Below, piece by piece: positions 26,168 to 32,354 of a stretch of DNA of 32,354 nucleotides. The first letter of the stretch is position 1, and every line of letters begins with the position of its first letter. The notes beneath the pieces were generated by a model that did not search any database, was not told the origin of the DNA, and worked only from the letters and a program-made list of their open reading frames with translations. Source of the DNA: Chloroflexia bacterium (lineage in GTDB: Bacteria > Chloroflexota > Chloroflexia > Thermomicrobiales > JALYUS01); contig JAICJW010000003.1 of assembly GCA_025928215.1 (NCBI GenBank), positions 1 through 32,354 of the forward strand, written 5' to 3'. The position numbers and the translations under genes are program-made.

Positions 26168-28288
26168 GTGACGACGCAGACGGCAGGCGCGCGACCGCTT
26201 CGCGCCGGGGTTGATATTGGTGGTACCTTCACCGACCTGATCCTCTACGACGAACGCACGGGTAGCCTGAGCATCGGGAAAACGCTGACGACCCCGGACG
26301 ATCCGGCCCGGGCGGTTGAAACCGGCATGCGTGAGACATTGGCGGAGGCCGGTGAGTCGCCGGAAGCAGTCGGCAATGTGATCCACGGCACGACGCTCGT
26401 CACCAATGCCCTGATCGAACGGAAGGGCGCGCGAACCGCGCTGATCGCGACGCGCGGCTTCCGGGATGCCATCGAGATCCGCCACGAAGGCCGGTACGAC
26501 CTGTACGACCTCTTCCTCGAAATGCCGCCACCGCTCGCCCCGCGCCGCCTGCGGTTCGAGGTGGACGAGCGCATGCTCGCGGACGGCAGCGTGCATGAAC
26601 CGCTCGATACCGCCGCGCTCCCGGCGATCATCGCGGCGATGCGCGCGCAGGGGGTTGAAGCGGTCGGCGTCTCACTCCTGCATTCCTACCGCAACCCCGC
26701 GCACGAACGTGCGCTCGGTGACGCATTGGCGGAGCTTGCACCGGAGCTGGTCGTGTCGCTCTCCGCCGAAGTGGTGCCGGAAATCCGCGAGTACGAACGG
26801 ACCTCCACGACGCTCGCCAATGTCTATGTCCGCCCGCTCGTTCAGACCTATCTGCGGCGGCTCGAAGAGCGATTGCGCGCGCTCGGCATGCGCGACGCGT
26901 CGCTCTACATTATGCTCTCCAGCGGCGGCACGGCGACGGTCGAGACCGCGCAACGATTCCCGATCCGGCTGATCGAGTCCGGCCCGGCGGCGGGAGCGCT
27001 CGCGGCGGCGCAGTATGGCACGCTCACCAGCCGGCCGAATCTGCTCTCGTTCGACATGGGCGGCACGACGGCGAAGGCGTGCATTATCGAAAATGGCGAG
27101 CCACTCGTGTCGGCGGATTTCGAGGTGGCACGCGTCTACCGTTTCAAGCGTGGCAGCGGATTGCCCGTGCGCGTCCCTGTCATCGAGATGATTGAGATCG
27201 GCGCGGGCGGCGGCTCGATTGCCCGCATGGATAGCCTCGGCCTGCTCAAAGTCGGGCCGGACAGCGCGGGCGCGCAGCCCGGCCCTGCCTGCTACGGGCG
27301 TGGCGGCGACGCGCCGACCGTGACTGACGCCGATCTCCTGCTCGGCTATCTCGATCCCTCCTTCTTCCTCGGCGGCAAGATGCGGCTCGATACCGACGCG
27401 GCGGAGCGTGCCATCGCCACCCTCGGCGACCGGCTCGGCCTTGCCGCGATAGACGCGGCGTGGGGTATTCACCAGGTCGTCAATGAGAACATGGCGGGGG
27501 CGGCGCGCATCCACGCCGTCGAGCGGGGCAAAGATCCGCGTGCCTACCCGCTCTTCGCTTTCGGCGGCGCGGGGCCGGTCCATGCCTATCGCGTCGCGAA
27601 AATCCTCGATGTGCCGGAACTCGTCGTGCCACTTGGCGCGGGCGTCACCTCCGCACTCGGCTTTCTCGTCGCGCCGCTCGCCTTCGACTACGTACGCTCG
27701 TTCTTTTCGCCGCTACATGACCTCGACTTCGATCACGTCAACGCCCTGCTCGATGAGATGGCGGGAGAAGGCAGCGCGACACTGGCGGCGGCAGGCGTCG
27801 CGCCGGAGCAGATCACCTATCGGCGCACGGCAGAAATGCGCTACCGCAACCAGGGGCATGAAGTGCCGGTGCCGCTGCCGGACGGCGAGCTACGGGCGGC
27901 GATGCTTCCCGCTCTCGAAGCGGCGTTCGAGGATGTCTACCGGCGGCTGTATGGTCGCGTCGCCGAGGGTGTACCGCTCGAAGTGCTCAACTGGCGCATC
28001 GTCGCGAGTGGTCCCCGACCGGAGATCAATCTCGCCGCCGAAACAGTCGGCGCGTCTGATGCGTCGCGCGCGATCAAGGGAGAGCGGGCGATCTACCTGC
28101 CGGAGCAGGGCGGATTCGTACCGGTCCCCGTGTATGATCGTTATGCGCTGACGCCGGGAACGACCTTTCCCGGCCCCGCCGTGGTCGAGGAGCGTGAATC
28201 CACGACGATCATCGGCGGCGGCACGGTCGCGGTGGATACCTACCGGAACTTGATCGTCGCCATGAAGGGAGACGCCGCCCGTGCCTGA
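26168..28288 (+). CDS. Hydantoinase A / 5-oxoprolinase ATP-binding subunit
   Basis: GVDIGGTFTD, HGTTLVTNA, EYERTSTT, ESGPAAG, DMGGTTAK, GAGGGS, FGGAGP. Confidence 0.95.
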   Translation: MTTQTAGARPLRAGVDIGGTFTDLILYDERTGSLSIGKTLTTPDDPARAVETGMRETLAEAGESPEAVGNVIHGTTLVTNALIERKGARTALIATRGFRDAIEIRHEGRYDLYDLFLEMPPPLAPRRLRFEVDERMLADGSVHEPLDTAALPAIIAAMRAQGVEAVGVSLLHSYRNPAHERALGDALAELAPELVVSLSAEVVPEIREYERTSTTLANVYVRPLVQTYLRRLEERLRALGMRDASLYIMLSSGGTATVETAQRFPIRLIESGPAAGALAAAQYGTLTSRPNLLSFDMGGTTAKACIIENGEPLVSADFEVARVYRFKRGSGLPVRVPVIEMIEIGAGGGSIARMDSLGLLKVGPDSAGAQPGPACYGRGGDAPTVTDADLLLGYLDPSFFLGGKMRLDTDAAERAIATLGDRLGLAAIDAAWGIHQVVNENMAGAARIHAVERGKDPRAYPLFAFGGAGPVHAYRVAKILDVPELVVPLGAGVTSALGFLVAPLAFDYVRSFFSPLHDLDFDHVNALLDEMAGEGSATLAAAGVAPEQITYRRTAEMRYRNQGHEVPVPLPDGELRAAMLPALEAAFEDVYRRLYGRVAEGVPLEVLNWRIVASGPRPEINLAAETVGASDASRAIKGERAIYLPEQGGFVPVPVYDRYALTPGTTFPGPAVVEERESTTIIGGGTVAVDTYRNLIVAMKGDAARA

Positions 28289-29996
28289 CGCGCAGCAGAC
28301 GATTGACCCCATCACCCTCGAAGTCCTCTGGAACCGGCTGATCGCCGTCGTCAACGAGCAGGCGACGGCGTTGATGCGCACCTCGTTCACCACCGTCGTC
28401 CGCGAGTCGGGCGATCTCTCCGCCGGGGTCTTCGACCCACGCGGCTATATGATCGCGCAGGCAGTGACCGGCACGCCCGGCCACATCAATTCGATGGCGA
28501 CCTGCATCCATCATTTCCTCGCTGTCTATCCCGCCGCGACCTTGCGGCCCGGCGATGTGCTGATTACCAACGATCCCCAGAAGACCTCCGGTCAGCTGCA
28601 CGATTTCACGGTCATCTCGCCGATTTTCGATGCGGCCGACCGGCTGATCGCGTACTTCGGCTCGACGTGCCACGCAATTGATATTGGCGGGCGCGGATTG
28701 AGCGCGGATGCCCGCTCGATGTACGAGGAGGGGCTGTTTGTCCCGATCACGAAATGGTACGACGCGGGCAGGCCGAACGAGGAGTTGGTGAAGATCATCC
28801 GCGCCAATGTCCGTGAGCCGGATCAAGTCCTCGGCGACATCCACGCGCAGGTAGCGGGGAACAATGTCGGTGGCGCGCGGCTGAAGGAGTTCATGGCGGA
28901 GTTCGGCCTGACGAGCATCGAACCGCTCGCGGACGAGATCATCACCCGCTCCGAGCGCGCGATGCGCGATGCGATTGCCACCGTGCCGGACGGTGTCTAC
29001 ACCCACACCGGGCAGAGCGATGGCTTCGATGCGCCGGTTACGCTCGCCGTGACGATCACGAAAAAGGGCGACGCCATGCATGTGGACTGGACGGGATCAA
29101 GCCCGACCAGCCCGCGCGGCATCAATGTCGTGCTCAATTACACGCATGCCTATGTGACGTACGCGCTTAAGTGCGCACTCTGCCCCGATGTGCCGAACAA
29201 TGAAGGGTCGTTCCGCCCGGTCACCGTCACGGCGCCGCCCGGCTCGCTGCTCAATGCACTGCCGCCTGCGCCGGTGGCGGGAAGGCATGTGATCGGACAT
29301 TTCTTGCCGGGGATCGTCTTCGGCGCACTCGCACCGGTGCTGCCCGGCAAGGTAATCGCCGAGGGCGCGGCGAATATCTGGGCGACGCAACTGACCGGCA
29401 CGCACGCCAATGGCGACCCGTGGACGTACGTCTGGTTCTCCTGCGGGGGTACGGGCGCGCGCCCGACGAGCGACGGCATCCATACGACCGCCTTTCCGTC
29501 GGGCGTGATGGGCGTACCGGTTGAGGTGATCGAGAGCGTCGCGCCGCTCCTGATCCGGCGGCGCGAGATTGCCCAGGATTCGGGCGGGGCAGGCCGGTTT
29601 CGGGGTGGCTGCGGGCAATACATGGAAGTTGGCGCGCTGACTGGACGCGGCTACAACCTCGGCCCGATCTTCGATCGCACGCGCGTACCTGCTGAGGGGT
29701 ACGCAGGCGGCGGCCAGGGCGCACGCGGCGCAATCAGGCTCAGCGACGGCCGCGAACTGCTCGACAAGTCGCAGGTGTCCCTCGGAGCGGAGGAGCGCTT
29801 CACGCTGCAATTGCCCGGCGGCGGCGGCTATTTCGATCCGTTGACACGCGATGTGCAGGCCGTGCTCGATGATGTGCTCGACGGCTTCGTCTCCATTGAC
29901 GCCGCGCGCACGCAGTACGGCGTCGTCATGGACGCTGACTCGATGACCATTGACGATGCGGCGACGGCGGCGCTCCGCGCGTCAATGACCGGCTAG
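28281..29996 (+). CDS. Hydantoinase B / oxoprolinase subunit
   Basis: DPITLEVLWNRL, LRPGDVLITNDP, QLHD, HAIDIGG, EEGL, DSGGAGRFRGG, PGGGGYFDP. Overlaps the A-subunit stop. Confidence 0.95.
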   Translation: MPDAQQTIDPITLEVLWNRLIAVVNEQATALMRTSFTTVVRESGDLSAGVFDPRGYMIAQAVTGTPGHINSMATCIHHFLAVYPAATLRPGDVLITNDPQKTSGQLHDFTVISPIFDAADRLIAYFGSTCHAIDIGGRGLSADARSMYEEGLFVPITKWYDAGRPNEELVKIIRANVREPDQVLGDIHAQVAGNNVGGARLKEFMAEFGLTSIEPLADEIITRSERAMRDAIATVPDGVYTHTGQSDGFDAPVTLAVTITKKGDAMHVDWTGSSPTSPRGINVVLNYTHAYVTYALKCALCPDVPNNEGSFRPVTVTAPPGSLLNALPPAPVAGRHVIGHFLPGIVFGALAPVLPGKVIAEGAANIWATQLTGTHANGDPWTYVWFSCGGTGARPTSDGIHTTAFPSGVMGVPVEVIESVAPLLIRRREIAQDSGGAGRFRGGCGQYMEVGALTGRGYNLGPIFDRTRVPAEGYAGGGQGARGAIRLSDGRELLDKSQVSLGAEERFTLQLPGGGGYFDPLTRDVQAVLDDVLDGFVSIDAARTQYGVVMDADSMTIDDAATAALRASMTG

Positions 29997-30010
29997 AGCC
30001 CGCCACCACC
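29991..30010. repeat. REP half-copy overlapping the hydantoinase B stop
   Basis: GGCTAGAGCCCGCCACCACC matches 5290-5309 (GGCTGAAGCCCGCCACCACC) at 18 of 20 positions. Confidence 0.55.
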
Positions 30011-30049
30011 GGCTCAATGCTTCTGCAAAACGCTGTAATCGCTCCCGCG

Positions 30050-30466
30050 TCATGCGTGGGGCGCAAGCCCCAGTTGCTGCAACATCCCCAATTGATCGGA
30101 GCTGCCCCAGCGCTCGATGAGTTTGCCGTCGGCAAACTTGCCAATTTGCACGCCGCGAATCCGCATACGCTTCCCCGTCGGCGCGAACCCCATCAAGTCG
30201 CCCTGATGCGTGCCGGTCGCCGTGTAGGCAATGACGCCATTGTCCGCGTCAGCGACCATCTGCTCGACCTCGATGTGCAAATCAGGAAAGGCGGTGCGGA
30301 ATTGCGTGAAGAACTGCCGGAAACCTTCCGGCCCGGGAGCCTGGCCGGGGGCAGGGTCGTGATCTATCGCGCCGGGGGCAACGACATCGTTGAAGGCCGA
30401 GAAAGCGCCGCTGTTTACGGCAGCGCCAAAGCGCTCTTGCGCGGAAATGTTGCTTTCACGAGACAC
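30050..30466 (-). CDS. SnoaL-like ester cyclase family protein
   Basis: RBS GGAGG, GTG 30466. FRTAFPDL, GTHQGDLMGFAPTGK, GKLIERWG..D.LGMLQQLG. Confidence 0.92.
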   Translation of the reverse strand: MSRESNISAQERFGAAVNSGAFSAFNDVVAPGAIDHDPAPGQAPGPEGFRQFFTQFRTAFPDLHIEVEQMVADADNGVIAYTATGTHQGDLMGFAPTGKRMRIRGVQIGKFADGKLIERWGSSDQLGMLQQLGLAPHA

Positions 30467-30570
30467 GTGTTCCTCCATCTACTCAGGCTCTATCGCCTTC
30501 GCATGGAGGAGTGCAGCATGTCTGATACCAGCCATGGATCCGCGGATAGCTACTTTCGCACGCAGTCGCC

Positions 30571-31875
30571 TCAGATCGCGCCGACGGCGGTGCGAGAAGA
30601 CTCCGCGCCTTCACCGGCGGGCAGCATCCCCTCCCGGTAGAGACGCCGCAAAACCGGCCGGATACCACTGATCACCAGGAGCAGGACAATGAAGATCACT
30701 GCGGGTGGCCCCATCGCCAGCGGCGCCCCGATGCGGGCCGCCAGATACCCCATCCCCAGATTGCCGAACGACATCACTCCGCTCGCGCTCATCAGGAAGA
30801 TACCCGAGATGCGCCCGCGCAGATAGTCCGGCACCGCCTCCTGCATCATCGTGTTGGCCAGGGTCATGAAGAGCGTCGTCATCGCCCCGACGATGAAGAT
30901 CGAGGTCAGGGCAAGCACATTGTTCATCATTACCGCCATCAGCGCCGTCGCGACCCCGCTGCCAATGCCACCGACGAAGAGGAGCGCCCCTCGCTGCCGC
31001 CGTGAGTGCATCCCCGCCAGAATCAGCGCCGCGACAATCGAGCCAAGCCCCATGGCGGAGATGAGCGACGAATAGATCGCGCCATCCCCGCGCAGGTTCT
31101 GGCTCGCAAACAGTGGGAGCGTCGCATCGAACGCCATCGTCAACATACAGTGCAGGACGATGACCCCGAGCAGGAGGGCTATCGCGCCCTGATCGCGGAT
31201 GTAGCGCCCGCCCTCCTTGATCTGCTCAACCAGCGAGATGGGCGCGAGGGCCGCCTGCCGTGCCACGGACACGCGCAGCACCTGGCCGATCGCCAGCAGA
31301 TAGAGCGCGGCGATCACCAGAAAGGCCGGTCCCGCCCCCCGCGAGGCAAGGAGGGTCGCGACGAGGGCCGGCCCCGCGAACCGCGAGCCGCGCGTCGCCA
31401 AGTTGTTCAAGGAGAAGATATTGAGCAGCTCACCGCGCGGGACGAGACCGGGGAGGACGGTCTGCACGGTCGGTTGTTCGATCGCGCGGGCGATGCCGGA
31501 GGCGAAAACGAGGACCACCAATTCCGGCAAGGGCATCGCGTCGCGCATTGCCTGCACCCCGATGACGAGCGCGATCACGCCCTGCGCGGCCTCCGTGCAG
31601 AGGACGAGCAGACGGCGATCGGCGCGGTCGGCGAGGAGGCCGCCGAGGAGGGTGGCGAGGAAGAGCGGCAGCATCGTGGCAAAGGTGACAATGCCAACCG
31701 CGCCACTCCCGCCGAGGCGAAAGGCGAACCAACTGGAGGAGACGAGGAAGGCCGCTTGCCCGATACTCGAGAGCGTCGTGCCGAACCAGAAGACGCGGTT
31801 ATCGCGGTAGCGCAATGAGGAGAGGGGATTGGCGCGGAGCCGGGGCGGGGTATCGCGGTTGCGTTGGTGTTCCAT
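30571..31875 (-). CDS. MFS transporter (DHA3/EntS-like, 12 TM)
   Basis: RBS AAAGGA, ATG 31875. Motif A GGLLADRADRR, PDYLRGRISG, twelve hydrophobic segments. Confidence 0.92.
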   Translation of the reverse strand: MEHQRNRDTPPRLRANPLSSLRYRDNRVFWFGTTLSSIGQAAFLVSSSWFAFRLGGSGAVGIVTFATMLPLFLATLLGGLLADRADRRLLVLCTEAAQGVIALVIGVQAMRDAMPLPELVVLVFASGIARAIEQPTVQTVLPGLVPRGELLNIFSLNNLATRGSRFAGPALVATLLASRGAGPAFLVIAALYLLAIGQVLRVSVARQAALAPISLVEQIKEGGRYIRDQGAIALLLGVIVLHCMLTMAFDATLPLFASQNLRGDGAIYSSLISAMGLGSIVAALILAGMHSRRQRGALLFVGGIGSGVATALMAVMMNNVLALTSIFIVGAMTTLFMTLANTMMQEAVPDYLRGRISGIFLMSASGVMSFGNLGMGYLAARIGAPLAMGPPAVIFIVLLLVISGIRPVLRRLYREGMLPAGEGAESSRTAVGAI

Positions 31876-31922
31876 CGTGTCCTTTGCGGTGAAACGAAAG
31901 CCAGGGAGGGCCAGATCGAGAT

Positions 31923-32029
31923 CGCGATGATACTCGAGCCAGGGATAAACTATCGGGCAGTGGGAACGCCTGCCGCTCCTAAGTCTATACCAGGCTCTGG
32001 AATCATCGCGCACTGTCGGGAGTGTAGCA
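31923..32029 (-). promoter_or_regulatory. Putative MFS promoter (TGcTACACT) and long leader hairpin
   Basis: Extended -10 at 32029-32021. Nested inverted repeats span 31923-32010. Confidence 0.45.
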
Positions 32030-32109
32030 TCTGATGGGCGATCTCGATAGATGATTTGATCCCGTGCCTGATGAGTGCCTCTCGCAACCCGTGGGCAGCG
32101 GCGGAGGGG

Positions 32110-32354
32110 AACCCGTGGCGGTATACGGGAGCGTATTTGGACAGCACGGTTGTACAAGATGGGAGCGCGGTACTACGACCCGGCGAGAGGGCGGTTCACC
32201 CAACTCGATCCGCTCGGCAATGGCTATGCCTATGCCGATGACAATCCGGTCAACTTCACCGATCCATCTGGCCTTTGTAGTAGCAACGACATTGATGACG
32301 GTAGACGTGGCATTGGTTATCCCAGTGGAGGGGATGGCACAGTTGGTGGCACCG
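32110..32354 (+). pseudogene. Orphan RHS repeat-associated core fragment, frameshifted; C-terminal tip runs off the window
   Basis: NPWRYTGAYLDST, frameshift at about 32149, then LYKMGARYYDPARGRFTQLDPLGNGYAYADDNPVNFTDPSGL. Open to the window end. Confidence 0.88.

Noticed and set aside
31882-32090. Hammerhead ribozyme (CGAAA at about 31895 and CTGATGAG at about 32068)
   Set aside because: Stem III and the NUH cleavage triplet cannot be formed next to the candidate stem I, and stem II is weak.
31876-32157. 94-aa N-terminal extension of the MFS ORF
   Set aside because: Non-membrane, random-looking sequence overlapping the RHS fragment. ATG 31875 has an RBS and gives a normal MFS length.

Overview
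GC-rich bacterial chromosome segment. Gene content and style suggest a monoderm Chloroflexota (Thermomicrobia-like); this is inference only. In order: an ECF sigma/zinc anti-sigma/MacAB-type ABC exporter operon; a recO-bPH/SHOCT-purine nucleoside phosphorylase-hypothetical operon; a System II cytochrome c maturation cluster (ccdA, resB, ccsB, resA-like); tRNA-Lys(TTT) followed by a decayed 2.7 kb integrated element (frameshifted tyrosine integrase fragment, Tat-signal glycine-rich fibre-like protein, a 146-nt rod-like hairpin, an orphan ORF, and a duplicated tRNA 3' half as att site); a secreted hypothetical protein and an enolase-superfamily dehydratase; a secreted two-domain protein; an oxidative pentose phosphate cluster (gntK-tal-zwf-opcA-pgl); lepB; a hydantoinase/oxoprolinase A/B pair; a SnoaL-like protein; an MFS transporter with a long leader hairpin; and a frameshifted orphan RHS core fragment running off the right end. 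Three different palindromic repeat families occupy the intergenic spaces. The most unusual items are the tRNA-Lys island and its cargo, and two unexplained long rod-like hairpins. All calls come from manual motif reading; no searches or folding programs were run.
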